A DNA stretch of 64,000 nucleotides from a bacterium. Its GTDB lineage: Bacteria; Armatimonadota; JACIXR01. A model generated the notes under the pieces. The model searched no databases and was not told where the DNA came from. It saw nothing but the letters and a program-made list of their open reading frames with translations. Below, piece by piece: positions 28,729 through 38,870 of this stretch. The translations under genes were made by a program, and so were the position numbers. The DNA lies in the NCBI GenBank assembly GCA_014360465.1, contig JACIXQ010000002.1:3719-67718 (forward strand), written 5' to 3'. Position 1 is the first letter of the stretch. The number at the start of each line of letters is the position of its first letter.

Positions 28729-29449
28729 TAAGATATCTAAAATGCAGAGGAATACAAGGAAAACAAAGGAAAATGAGGTTTCTCGTCTCCTCCTACAAGG
28801 CGAGATCGCCCTTATGAATCAGTTATCTCCACAGGCGAGAAAATACTTCAAGAAGGCGGTTAAACTTAACCCTGCTTCTCCTGAAGCATTGTTCAGCCTG
28901 GGGGAGTTCTTCCGATTCCTCGGCAAATGGCATATCGCTGATAAGCTCTATCGGCGAGCTATAGAGCTATCTCCAAGAAGCTTTTACAAATATCGTCTTG
29001 CCCTTTTGCTCAAGGATATGGGTAAGTTCGCATCTGCTTCCCAGCTACTTGAGGAAGTTCTCCAAGAAAATCCCAATGATGCCTTCTATCATTTCCTCTT
29101 AGGTGAAATCTTTCTTGAAATGGATGAGTACGAAAAAACGATAAAACACTGGAAAATCGCCGTAGAACTTACACCCCTGGACGATTTCTATCACGCCTGG
29201 TTGGGAATCGCCCTTGCTATTGTCGGGGATTGGAAAAACGCTGAAAGCGAACTTGCAAAAGCCTGTAAGTTAAAACCAACAAATTCCGTTTACTTCTGCC
29301 TTTTGGGGGATATTCAGTGGCTCATAGGTGACCAGCATATGGCGGATTTTTACTATGAGAAGGCAAATGGTATGAGCCCCTATGACGAGTTTAATTTGAG
29401 GAAATTTAGGAAGACACTTTTCAAAAGGGTTGCCTTTAGGGATTTATAG
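28685..29449 (+). CDS. Tetratricopeptide-repeat (TPR) protein
   Basis: 254 aa of repeated TPR-like helices (A/Y/L periodicity, e.g. ALFSLGEFF, AFYHFLLGEIF, FYHAWLGIA). The start may be a downstream Met, since the listed start overlaps dtd by 44 nt. Confidence 0.65.
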   Translation: MVQLHLLLTAGKSYDKISKMQRNTRKTKENEVSRLLLQGEIALMNQLSPQARKYFKKAVKLNPASPEALFSLGEFFRFLGKWHIADKLYRRAIELSPRSFYKYRLALLLKDMGKFASASQLLEEVLQENPNDAFYHFLLGEIFLEMDEYEKTIKHWKIAVELTPLDDFYHAWLGIALAIVGDWKNAESELAKACKLKPTNSVYFCLLGDIQWLIGDQHMADFYYEKANGMSPYDEFNLRKFRKTLFKRVAFRDL

Positions 29450-29470
29450 CTGTATATTAAATAGATAGGT

Positions 29471-29545
29471 GGGGCCGTAGTTGAATGGGACAACACCTCG
29501 CTCGCAATGAGGAGGTTGGCGGTTCGATTCCGCTCGGCTCCACCA
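29471..29545 (+). tRNA. tRNA-Ala (anticodon CGC), 3' CCA encoded
   Basis: Cloverleaf folded by hand. Acceptor stem GGGGCCG/CGGCTCC with the G3:U70 alanine identity pair, D-stem GTTG/CAAC, anticodon stem CCTCG/TGAGG, loop CTCGCAA, and T-arm GGCGG-TTCGATT-CCGCT. Confidence 0.85.
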
Positions 29546-29574
29546 ATTTTATTTATTAAGGAGGCATTTTATCA

Positions 29575-30816
29575 ATGGAGAAAAAAGCTATAATAATAAT
29601 CGGCGACGGTATGGGCGATAGACCCGTAAAAGAGCTCGGAGGATTTACCCCTATAGAGATTGCTCGCAAACCAAATATGTCCCGGCTTGCTAAGGAAGGA
29701 GAATGCGGTATAATGGACCCTATCGCACCGGGCATAAGGGCGGGCTCCGATACATCACATCTCGCGATACTGGGATATGACCCCTATAAATACTACACCG
29801 GTAGAGGAGCATTTGAAGCGGCGGGCATAGGACTTGATGTAGAGAAGGGGGATATTTGCTTTCGCTGTAACTTCGCTACCGTGGACGAAGAATCTTTCGT
29901 TGTTGTAGACAGAAGAGCTGGCAGGATACGAGAGGGTACGAAAGCATTAGCAGAAGCACTGAACGGAATGGTGATAGAAGATGTCAAGATTCTATTCAAA
30001 GAATCAGTTGAACATAGAGCTGGCTTGGTCCTCAGAGGTGAAGGCTTGGGACACAATGTAACAGATGCCGACCCTCATCAGGAAGGTGTTAAAGTCCATA
30101 CAGTAGAGGCAATTGACCCCAACGATAGCGCCTCACAGAAAACAGCAAGAATCGTTAATGAGTTTGTAAGAAAGTCATTTGATATATTGCGAAATCACCC
30201 CGTTAATATAGAGAGAAAATCCCAGGGTTTACCACCAGCCAATATCGTATTACCAAGGGGTGCCGGCACAGCACCTCACATTCCGTCTTTTCTTGATAGG
30301 TACCATTTGAATGGTGCTTGCATCGTTGAGGTTGGGTTATTGAAGGGAGTAGGTAGATACCTGAAGATGGATGTTATAGATGTTGAAGGGGCAACAGGTT
30401 CTTATGATACGGATGAACAGGCTATAGCTAAGGCTGTTCTCTCAGCGCTTGAAACACACGACTTCGTTCTCTGCAATGTTAAAGCACCAGATGTAGCAGG
30501 ACACGATGGAGAAGCATTGAAAAAGGTAGAAACTGTTGAGAAGATAGATAGAATGCTTGGAACAATCCTGTCCGGCATTGACCCCCAGAACACCTTCATA
30601 GTTCTTACAGCTGACCATTCAACCCCTGTGAGCGTTAAGGACCATTCAGGGGACCCTGTCCCCATCGTCATTTGGGGCGAAGGTGTTCGCCCAGATGATG
30701 TTGACTGCTTTGGAGAACGCGCCTGTGCCAAGGGAGGTTTGGGAAGGATAAGGGGGTTTGATGTAATGAACATCCTTACGAACCTACTCTCCATTCAAGA
30801 AAAGTTCGGTGCCTGA
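29575..30816 (+). CDS. apgM: 2,3-bisphosphoglycerate-independent phosphoglycerate mutase, archaeal type
   Basis: 413 aa. N-terminal IIIIGDGMGDRP and the metalloenzyme/alkaline-phosphatase-like core TADHSTP are typical of ApgM. RBS AAGGAGG upstream. Confidence 0.8.
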   Translation: MEKKAIIIIGDGMGDRPVKELGGFTPIEIARKPNMSRLAKEGECGIMDPIAPGIRAGSDTSHLAILGYDPYKYYTGRGAFEAAGIGLDVEKGDICFRCNFATVDEESFVVVDRRAGRIREGTKALAEALNGMVIEDVKILFKESVEHRAGLVLRGEGLGHNVTDADPHQEGVKVHTVEAIDPNDSASQKTARIVNEFVRKSFDILRNHPVNIERKSQGLPPANIVLPRGAGTAPHIPSFLDRYHLNGACIVEVGLLKGVGRYLKMDVIDVEGATGSYDTDEQAIAKAVLSALETHDFVLCNVKAPDVAGHDGEALKKVETVEKIDRMLGTILSGIDPQNTFIVLTADHSTPVSVKDHSGDPVPIVIWGEGVRPDDVDCFGERACAKGGLGRIRGFDVMNILTNLLSIQEKFGA

Positions 30817-31586
30817 TGTCCGTTTTTCAAGAGGGTGAACTTGCCGTCCTCTACGATACGAAAGGCAGAAGGTACTTGATAACCTTAGAAAGGGGTAAAG
30901 CTTTTCATTATCATAGCGGGGTGGTAGAACACGAGGCGATAATTGGCAAAGAGGAAGGAAGCGTGGTCTTCTCCTCATTAGGTAGCAAGTTGATGGTCTT
31001 CCGCCCATCTTTGGAAGAGTATATCCTCGAAATGCCAAGGGGAGCACAGGTTATGTATGCCAAAGATTGTGCTCTCCTTGGAACATTAACAGATATAAAG
31101 CCGGAGGATAACATAGTTGAAGCCGGGACAGGCTCAGGAGCCCTAACGCTTTTTCTTTGTAGATTAGCAAATAAGGGAACAGTTTACACTTATGAGATTA
31201 GAGAAGACTTTGCAAAGATAGCAAGACAGAACTTAGAGAGATGGGGAGTGAGGAATTTCGTGCTCAAGTTGAAGGACATAAACCAAGGCATTGATGAGGA
31301 AAATGTGGACAAGGTTGTTCTCGATCTTCCCGAACCGTGGTTAGCGATAGAGCAAGTGAAAAAAGCCCTTCGCCCAGGTGGATTCTTCGCTTCATTCCTT
31401 CCAACAGTTCTGCAAATCCATCGGCTGGTTTTGGCAATGAAGGAGACAGGCGGGTTCGCCCAGATAAGGGTTCAAGAGGTGCTCGTGCGTCCCTGGGTTA
31501 TAGAAGAAAGAATAGCGCGACCAGAGCTGAGAATGGTATCTCATACTGGTTTCATCATCGTCGCAAGGCGTCTCTCTGATTCCTGA
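30816..31586 (+). CDS. trmI: tRNA (adenine-N1)-methyltransferase TrmI/Gcd14 family
   Basis: 256 aa. SAM-binding motif VEAGTGSGALTLFL, a post-I acidic residue, and the DLPEPW motif of the TrmI family. Confidence 0.75.
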   Translation: MSVFQEGELAVLYDTKGRRYLITLERGKAFHYHSGVVEHEAIIGKEEGSVVFSSLGSKLMVFRPSLEEYILEMPRGAQVMYAKDCALLGTLTDIKPEDNIVEAGTGSGALTLFLCRLANKGTVYTYEIREDFAKIARQNLERWGVRNFVLKLKDINQGIDEENVDKVVLDLPEPWLAIEQVKKALRPGGFFASFLPTVLQIHRLVLAMKETGGFAQIRVQEVLVRPWVIEERIARPELRMVSHTGFIIVARRLSDS

Positions 31587-33459
31587 AATTTTTCCGCCCA
31601 AATTCCTTTTCTGAAAGTTCTATCAAAGCCACGCTATTGGGAAGAAGGTTAAGATTTATCTCCCACCTACTTTTTAAGGGGATTTTTCCCTCCCTCGTGC
31701 ATTCCAATTTTCTCACACTGGGATTGTGGAAAACATTGTTATGCTCAGGGTCAATAAGAAATAGCCTGCTTATTCCGCCTCTCAGTGTAGCTGGCAATTG
31801 CTCAATTACAATTTTTACTAAGCGAGGAATTCCATAGCGTTCGGCGAAATTTACAACCAAGATTGTCAAACGGGAAGAGCCAGGAGAAATAGAAGCGAGA
31901 GCGCATATCTCGTCATCTCCGCCAAGTGTCTCTACCCTATCTTTTTCCATCATAGAGAAAAGCTTAAAAACAAAATAGGAAGGCTTGGGTATATTATCTC
32001 CTATCAACATACCCCAGCTTCCTCTGAATCTTTTATCCCCATCCTTGGCGTAGAAGAAGCATACACCTGTTATTCCCGCAGGTATACTCGCTCTAATGAT
32101 ATTGTTAGCAACCCAGGCGGAACCAACTTCGTTATCCTGGGCGAAATCTGGCCACCAAGCATAGTTGAATTCGGTTAGGAAAAAACCCTTTATTCTTCTC
32201 TCAATTCTGGGATATTTCGCGAGTATAGCTTTGGTTTTCTCCATTTCTTCAATATAAACTTCCGGCGGATGGAAATATTCGTGCCAGGTTATGAAGTCAA
32301 GTGGCAATCCTTTCTCGTTGCAGAATTTGAGCAAGCCCTCCATATAAGTTTCTCCATTGATGCAATAGGGTCTCTCCTCTGAATAATCCCAAGGTCCTGA
32401 AGCATTGCAAGGTCCTCCAACAAGGGCATTTGGGTCTGCTTTTTTTATCCCTTTAACAGAAGCTTCATATAGTTTAAGATAAGCTTCCAATGGAGTGATA
32501 CCGGGCGGTGGTTTTAACCATCCCGCATTTGCCTCATTCCAAACCTCCCAATAGCGCACCCTTTTACCCCTCTCTATACAATGTTTAGCCGCTTTATAGC
32601 ATAAATCTTCCCATAAAGTGTAATCTTTGGGAGCACTATGGCGGTCGGGGTCAGGAATAGCATCAAAAGGAATTGGCATATAGGAGAGACAGATGATTGG
32701 CTCTGCCCCCGTCTGGAATATGAAGTCAATCCTCCTATCGAAATCTGTCCAATCATAAACCAATTTTCCATTTTCCTCCCTTACAACCGAGGTGAGAACA
32801 TTGTCCATCCTGAACCATAGAGGTTTTAGGTCCTTTAATGCCAAAGCAGTGTCGGGTTCATAATCAGCCATCCCACCTCCCTGCGAGATGCCGGCAAGCG
32901 GGCGTGGCAGTATTCCCTGAATATTCCTTGGATTAATTCTAATAAGACAAGGCTTGTTCGCTTTCTCAAAGGGTATTATCTTCAGCTCTGCTTGCTCGAA
33001 TACCACTTCTCTTTCTCCCATTACTGGTCCAAAAACCCTTATCGCCAAAGTGTGAACCTCCCCGGGGACTGCATGCTTACTCAGCAGTGCCGCTCCAGGA
33101 TGGTCATTGTCATATCTTGCTTGAAGCTTTCCATCAACATATATCTCACCACCCTCGCTTGTAGAGACAAACATAGCAACAGGTAAACCTTTGACGCTCT
33201 GTTCATCTATTTTCTCAGGAATTCTCACCCAAGCTTTCAACCAACCGAACTCGCCTTCTTTCATCTTGAATTTAGCACCCACCTTTACGATATCCCAATC
33301 CAAACAGGGATAATTTGGCTGGGAGAATTCCTTTCTATCTTCCGAGGTCCAATACCAAATGTCCTCGGCTAAAATCGGATTTATCAAATAAAAAACAGCT
33401 AACAAAAACCAAATTAAGGGATTTCCTCTCATCAACCCCAGAAGTGATATATGCGCCAA
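31555..33459 (-). CDS. Secreted clan GH-A glycoside hydrolase, GH39-like (putative)
   Basis: Signal peptide. Acid/base motif YWEVWNEANAGW and nucleophile-like FLTEFNYAWWP on a TIM barrel, followed by C-terminal beta-sandwich domains. The 3' end overlaps trmI by 32 nt (convergent). Confidence 0.55.
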   Translation of the reverse strand: MAHISLLGLMRGNPLIWFLLAVFYLINPILAEDIWYWTSEDRKEFSQPNYPCLDWDIVKVGAKFKMKEGEFGWLKAWVRIPEKIDEQSVKGLPVAMFVSTSEGGEIYVDGKLQARYDNDHPGAALLSKHAVPGEVHTLAIRVFGPVMGEREVVFEQAELKIIPFEKANKPCLIRINPRNIQGILPRPLAGISQGGGMADYEPDTALALKDLKPLWFRMDNVLTSVVREENGKLVYDWTDFDRRIDFIFQTGAEPIICLSYMPIPFDAIPDPDRHSAPKDYTLWEDLCYKAAKHCIERGKRVRYWEVWNEANAGWLKPPPGITPLEAYLKLYEASVKGIKKADPNALVGGPCNASGPWDYSEERPYCINGETYMEGLLKFCNEKGLPLDFITWHEYFHPPEVYIEEMEKTKAILAKYPRIERRIKGFFLTEFNYAWWPDFAQDNEVGSAWVANNIIRASIPAGITGVCFFYAKDGDKRFRGSWGMLIGDNIPKPSYFVFKLFSMMEKDRVETLGGDDEICALASISPGSSRLTILVVNFAERYGIPRLVKIVIEQLPATLRGGISRLFLIDPEHNNVFHNPSVRKLECTREGKIPLKSRWEINLNLLPNSVALIELSEKEFGRKNFRNQRDALRR

Positions 33460-35345
33460 TTAAAGAGAATTCCCATTATATTGGCAAGGCTTCCCACTGT
33501 GAACTCACCGAGAATCAATCCGAAAAAGAAGGGTAAAGCAACCCTATAACCTTTCAATCCAGTGGTCCTCATTATGATAAACTTGATCAACCAAGCAATG
33601 AAGATTGGGAACCACATCCAGCTCATACTCCAGGAAGAGGAAACGGCGTATCCAACAGGATGGAATGGCCACCAGAAAAATGATGTCTTCATAAATATAA
33701 GGAAAAGACATACAGCAAAGCCAACGCCGGTGAAGACCGAACACAGTGGATCCCGTTTGGCTGGAGTTTCTATCCAGGAGGAAAGTCTGTTATAAGGTTC
33801 CCAGCCAAACCAAGTAGCGGGTCCAACTACTTTCGCTGAAGCGGCACCTATTCTATAGTAAAGGTCCAGAAGAGCCCAAAATGCAACGAATGAACCGATG
33901 AAGGAAGCAAGTAACATAATCCACATATATTGCTTGTAACTTGTGTTTGTTCTTTCCGCTATTTTGAATCCTTCCATTTGATGGGGCATTGGATGAGAAC
34001 GATAAGCCCTGTTGAAACCCCAATATAAAGAAAGAACAGTGAGATTCCTCGGAGATATGTTCTCTACTCCCCAGATGCGGGTTATCATCTGGTCGGGACC
34101 GGCAAAGTGGAGGTCGTGCGCTGGTGAACCAAGCTCCGCCCTCATCCTTGCCACAGCGATGGAGAGAATGAAAAAGATAGCCAGGGCAATTAGTGAGACA
34201 CTCCAACTCATACCAGCTCTTACGAAGAGATAAGCAGCTAATGGATATCCTATGAGAAGTCCTAAAATTGCCGTCCTATATGACATAGGCTCATCCGAAT
34301 CGTCCAATTCCGATTTCATACCCAAGGCTCTCTTGAAGACCTCCTTCAAATAGTGACGAGCTACCCATATCACAAAGAAAGTAACCCCTATATACGCGCC
34401 CGCTGATTGGTCATTGATATATGGCATATCCGGTCTACCGACATGGAGATTGAAGGCAACGCTCACAACCCTTTGAAACTTCCAATACCAATAGAAGAAC
34501 CAACAGGAAAAGGAGAGGTCAAGAGGGAGAAGGAAACCAAGCCCAATTATGCAGGGGAATAAGGCAAGGGGAGTCCAACCTATAGCCCACCAGGGATGGG
34601 TCGTCATATATTGCCCCAGGTCATAATCCCTTATTGGAATGTGTGGAATAGCGGGGAAATTGGCGTTTATGTTGTTAATTATATCAACAAGCGCTGCTAA
34701 TCCGAAACCAATCCACATAAGCCTTTGTTTGAACAGAGTGAACTTTTCATCGGTCATTGCCAAGGGGAGTATAATAATTGGGAAGGTAAGTCGCTCCCTT
34801 TCCGTCCACTGCTTTCTGAAGATTACATTAATACACATCATCATAAATATCAGGACCATAAAGAAACCCGTCCAAATTAAAATAACAGGTAGCCAAGCAC
34901 GGATATGCTCCTTAGTGTAAAAACTTGACCATCCAAGGAAATACCCTTCAAGTATATTCTTGTCGGAAACCATCAACCATTTGGGTAGATATTTGAAGAA
35001 GAGTTTCTCCCATTTGTTCTCGGGTGTAGCATACCAGAATGGATGGGTAAGACAAGCGATAAGAACCTGATACATATCATGCCCCACCATACAGGAACTC
35101 AAAGCCAAAATAGAATATATAACCAAGAGTTCCCCTTGACTGAACATATAGCGAGGCGCCACCTTGCTCAAAAAGAAATTAATCAAAACAAGGAAAAGAA
35201 GGGTAAAAACGACATTGAAGAATAGCGACATCGTTGTGGGATGCCCAGTGTATGTAATAACTTCCATATAAGCTACCCACCAGGAATTAAGCGGCATAAG
35301 AAATATCGCTATTAGAACTGCCCTAAGGGTTATCGCTTTCCTCAT
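33432..35345 (-). CDS. Polytopic integral membrane protein (637 aa, at least 12 predicted TM helices), unknown function
   Basis: Many 18-24-residue hydrophobic segments rich in W/F/Y. No recognisable transporter signature by eye. Confidence 0.45.
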   Translation of the reverse strand: MRKAITLRAVLIAIFLMPLNSWWVAYMEVITYTGHPTTMSLFFNVVFTLLFLVLINFFLSKVAPRYMFSQGELLVIYSILALSSCMVGHDMYQVLIACLTHPFWYATPENKWEKLFFKYLPKWLMVSDKNILEGYFLGWSSFYTKEHIRAWLPVILIWTGFFMVLIFMMMCINVIFRKQWTERERLTFPIIILPLAMTDEKFTLFKQRLMWIGFGLAALVDIINNINANFPAIPHIPIRDYDLGQYMTTHPWWAIGWTPLALFPCIIGLGFLLPLDLSFSCWFFYWYWKFQRVVSVAFNLHVGRPDMPYINDQSAGAYIGVTFFVIWVARHYLKEVFKRALGMKSELDDSDEPMSYRTAILGLLIGYPLAAYLFVRAGMSWSVSLIALAIFFILSIAVARMRAELGSPAHDLHFAGPDQMITRIWGVENISPRNLTVLSLYWGFNRAYRSHPMPHQMEGFKIAERTNTSYKQYMWIMLLASFIGSFVAFWALLDLYYRIGAASAKVVGPATWFGWEPYNRLSSWIETPAKRDPLCSVFTGVGFAVCLFLIFMKTSFFWWPFHPVGYAVSSSWSMSWMWFPIFIAWLIKFIIMRTTGLKGYRVALPFFFGLILGEFTVGSLANIMGILFNWRIYHFWG

Positions 35346-35365
35346 AAATGGTCAACCTACTCTTT

Positions 35366-36289
35366 TCAAATTTTAGCCCAGGCTTCCATAAAGGTTCTTT
35401 TTGCACTTGCGATTATCACTTCCGGGCTCTGACCGGGTAAGGGTTTTATTTCAAACGATATAACAGGTAAACGAGTTGGAAGGCTTCGTTTAAGATACCC
35501 AATGTAGATTAATGCCTCAAGAAACGCCCTCAACTCATCAACATCCACCTCTCCATCTCTGAAGCCAAAAGGTGGGTGATAATCCCCATATAGAGGGCTT
35601 TCCTTCTTCAAGACACAGTTGCCGATATGAATGTGAATTAGATAGTCGGATACCGCTATCAACGCCTCATGGGGCTTCTCGCCGAGAAGAGGCAGATGTG
35701 AAAGGTCCAATGTCAAACCAAAGTTGCTAAATTCCTCCTTTACTTTTGCCGCTATCTCGCCTGCTTCTTCCGAAGGTCCAATGAGAAATCTCTTATCTAT
35801 ATCCCTGTCGAAGTTCTCAAGAGATATGGAAACTATATGCTCCTCCCCTTTTTCTTGAGCATAGGCGCAAAGCTCTCGCAGGGAATCTATCAGCCTCTTT
35901 TTCGCCTCCTCCCGTTTATCGGCTCCCGGGTCCTTCCCACTATGAACGGTAAGTATGCTCGCTCCTACTTTGTAAGCTTTATCTATGTTTGATTTACATA
36001 GTTCCACTGCCTTTTTTCTTTCATCTTCGTCAAGACTACAGAGACTAAGTCCATGAGATAGGAGGGAAGGTTGCCCAGCATATATCACATCCATACGGGC
36101 TGACGACAGAATTTCTCCAACCCTCACAGCCAGTTCATCGCTAAGATTGGAAACCTCAACTGCCCCGAAGAAATCGTCCTCCGCTATCTTTCTTATCGTG
36201 CAAACTATCTCATCATCGCTTTTAGCATCTGGAAACGCCATAGAATGAACGATTCCCACATTCAATGTTCCTATCCAAAGATGCTCCAT
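35366..36289 (-). CDS. Sugar phosphate isomerase/epimerase (xylose-isomerase-like TIM barrel, AP endonuclease family 2)
   Basis: 307 aa. Conserved His/Asp/Glu metal ligands in the typical spacing (HSMAFPD, TVHSGK, SLENFD, HIHIGN). Confidence 0.7.
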   Translation of the reverse strand: MEHLWIGTLNVGIVHSMAFPDAKSDDEIVCTIRKIAEDDFFGAVEVSNLSDELAVRVGEILSSARMDVIYAGQPSLLSHGLSLCSLDEDERKKAVELCKSNIDKAYKVGASILTVHSGKDPGADKREEAKKRLIDSLRELCAYAQEKGEEHIVSISLENFDRDIDKRFLIGPSEEAGEIAAKVKEEFSNFGLTLDLSHLPLLGEKPHEALIAVSDYLIHIHIGNCVLKKESPLYGDYHPPFGFRDGEVDVDELRAFLEALIYIGYLKRSLPTRLPVISFEIKPLPGQSPEVIIASAKRTFMEAWAKI

Positions 36290-36296
36290 GCTCGGT

Positions 36297-38870
36297 TCAC
36301 CTCCAAATATTGTTCTCTCCTTTTGGTCTTAAATAGGTCGTTTTTCCATCAATTTTTAAGGAAAGGTAGATATGGCTATTGCTCCAAAATCCGCCATCGT
36401 TCCATCCCCACTCCTTATGAATGAATAACTCGGTCTTTTCTATTTTACCCTTAGCGGAATAGTGGAGCAAGGGAATATGGTATAATGTATCACGCTTCAC
36501 GATTTTTAACTCTCCGGGAATGAGGGGATTCCTTGCCAATGTATAGAGTTCCGTCAAAACATCGCGATTTATTCCTTTATATAACCACTTGGGAGCAGAG
36601 AACTCTATTCTTGGAAGGTTATCCGTATTCAAAGGCGAACCCTGGCTGAACATTCTGATGGTCTCATCGGGTAGGAGATATCCCCATAAAAAGTCCCAGA
36701 CATCGTGGATATTTATCCTGGAAAGGTTGTTCTTCAGGCGGGGATTATCTTTAATTTTTCTTTCCACTTCATCCAGGGAGAATTTGAAGGGCTTATTTGA
36801 ACATATCACAATCACATCGGCGAAAATTGGTGGGTAATTCCAAGCTGTGACAAAAGGGAAAACAGAAGTGGCGGTCGCTATGATTCCTTTGAAATCCTCC
36901 AGGGAAGTGATATAGGCAGGAACCCAAAGGGCAAATATACCGCCATCGGTCAGATGGTCCTTGCAAATCTCATAGAATTCCTTCGTAAATAAGTTCCCCA
37001 GACCGGATATCCAAGGGTTTGAGGGTTCAGATATGATACAATCGTATTTCTCGGGTGTGAGGGCAAGATAGTTTCTTCCATCCTCTATAATCACTCTCGC
37101 CCTGCTATCTTTCCAATATTCCTCGTTAACATCCTTAAAGAACCTTGACGCTTCCAACATAGCTGGCTCTATCTCCGCGCAATCTATTCTGTTCACAGGA
37201 TGGCAGAGAGCCGCTCCCAGAGTACAACCGCTCGCTAAACCTATTATCATCACTTTTTGGGGATTTGGATGAAGGAGAAGTGGTAGATGAGCAACCATAT
37301 ACTGGGTTGTCAAATCACCAAATGAAGAAGCTTCCGTTTTGCCATCAATTTGTAAGGCAAGGGCTGGAACACCGTTTTGAAATCCTCGAAGAACAGTTAT
37401 AGTTGAGGTAACACTATCTTTATAATAGATTATCTCCCGCTCCTCCATCTTCCTGACGGCTTCACTAAAGGAACCCTCCCCCAGATAGTATGGAGCATAG
37501 AGGTAAACCCCACTAGTAAGCCGCTCAATATTCCACCGTATGGGAACAGCAATAAAAATCAAAACCGCTATTAGCACACCGCCAAGTTCCTTTAGCCTGC
37601 CCTTTGGTGTCATAATAGCCCCCTTCAGCATAATTCCTCCCGCAAGAGCGTTTATCAAACAAGCTATTGTGATTATCCCCCCCGCCCCTAAATATTTTAT
37701 CAGAAGAAATCCAGAGATAAATGAGCCAAGGATGTTGCCCAATGTATTGTATGCATATACCTTACCCACCCTGCTTGCAAATTCCTCCTTTGAACTCAAA
37801 ACTATCCTTGTAGCTATGGGGAAGGAAGCTCCAAATAGGGAAGTTGGTATTAGTAAAACGAGGGAACAAATTACGAACTGACAAAGATAAAATAGGAAGA
37901 AATTATTATGCGTATATTTGAAAAGCCAAAGGAAAACTATAGGCAATTGATCTATGATTCGTGACAACAACGACGCCGTAAAACCAGCGGCAATTTCTAC
38001 TATAGCTAAAAGAAGAGCAAGGTCTTTTACTCGCTCAATGAATCTAGCTATGATAGCACTCCCCACCACCAATCCAATAAGGAAGGAAGCCAACATAGTG
38101 GTGAAAGCATAGGTTGTGATACCAAAAACCATATGTAGTGCTCTCGTCCAGGCAACCTCAAGAGCCATTGCTGAGAAACCCGAGAGTCCTATGGCAAGCA
38201 TCGCTAATGTAGCTGTAGATGGCGGATAGACAATTGGAAGGGCTTCGCTTTCCCTAATTGTTTCCTCCCCTTTGGGAAGGATTAAGGAGAGAAGAAAAAC
38301 GAATAAATTCAATCCAACTGCTATCTTTATCGTGGTTGATAAGCCCAGATTGGGAAGGAGAACAAAACCAGCTAATAGAGTTCCCACAACCGCGCCCGAA
38401 GTATTCACCGCATAAATCGTGCCAAGGTCCTTTCCCGCTTCTCCTAACCTCGTATAGCCAGCCGAAAAAGCGGGAAAAGTGCCTCCCATAAGGAAAGTCG
38501 GAGGAAGAAGAACAAGTATTACCAAAGCGAGGCGGACGAGTGATAGCAAAAGGAAGGAGTTCTGCAAGGCAGGGTAGAAATTTTTATAAATTTCCGAGAC
38601 ATTAGAAAGTAAGATAGGAACGAATAGACATAAAAAGCCTATTCCCGCCTCAAGCAGTCCATAAAATAGAAAAGGAGCCTTGACCTTATCAGTCACCTTT
38701 CCCAACAAGTAGCTACCAAGTGACATTCCCCCCATAAATACTATCAACACAGTGCTTATAGCCAAAGCCGATGTCCCAAATACCAAACCAAGCATCCTGG
38801 ACCAGGCAACTTCATAGATCAAGCCAGCCGCCCCGGAAAGGAAGAAGGGTAACAGCCAAGATTTTCTCAT
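36297..38870 (-). CDS. Membrane-fused spermidine-synthase-like (polyamine aminopropyltransferase family) protein
   Basis: 857 aa. N-terminal MFS-like domain with at least 12 TM helices (GLIYEVAWSRMLGLVFG is the hallmark start of this fusion family). The C-terminal Rossmann methyltransferase-like domain has IIGLASGCTLGAA and DCIISEPSNPW. Confidence 0.7.
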   Translation of the reverse strand: MRKSWLLPFFLSGAAGLIYEVAWSRMLGLVFGTSALAISTVLIVFMGGMSLGSYLLGKVTDKVKAPFLFYGLLEAGIGFLCLFVPILLSNVSEIYKNFYPALQNSFLLLSLVRLALVILVLLPPTFLMGGTFPAFSAGYTRLGEAGKDLGTIYAVNTSGAVVGTLLAGFVLLPNLGLSTTIKIAVGLNLFVFLLSLILPKGEETIRESEALPIVYPPSTATLAMLAIGLSGFSAMALEVAWTRALHMVFGITTYAFTTMLASFLIGLVVGSAIIARFIERVKDLALLLAIVEIAAGFTASLLSRIIDQLPIVFLWLFKYTHNNFFLFYLCQFVICSLVLLIPTSLFGASFPIATRIVLSSKEEFASRVGKVYAYNTLGNILGSFISGFLLIKYLGAGGIITIACLINALAGGIMLKGAIMTPKGRLKELGGVLIAVLIFIAVPIRWNIERLTSGVYLYAPYYLGEGSFSEAVRKMEEREIIYYKDSVTSTITVLRGFQNGVPALALQIDGKTEASSFGDLTTQYMVAHLPLLLHPNPQKVMIIGLASGCTLGAALCHPVNRIDCAEIEPAMLEASRFFKDVNEEYWKDSRARVIIEDGRNYLALTPEKYDCIISEPSNPWISGLGNLFTKEFYEICKDHLTDGGIFALWVPAYITSLEDFKGIIATATSVFPFVTAWNYPPIFADVIVICSNKPFKFSLDEVERKIKDNPRLKNNLSRINIHDVWDFLWGYLLPDETIRMFSQGSPLNTDNLPRIEFSAPKWLYKGINRDVLTELYTLARNPLIPGELKIVKRDTLYHIPLLHYSAKGKIEKTELFIHKEWGWNDGGFWSNSHIYLSLKIDGKTTYLRPKGENNIWR

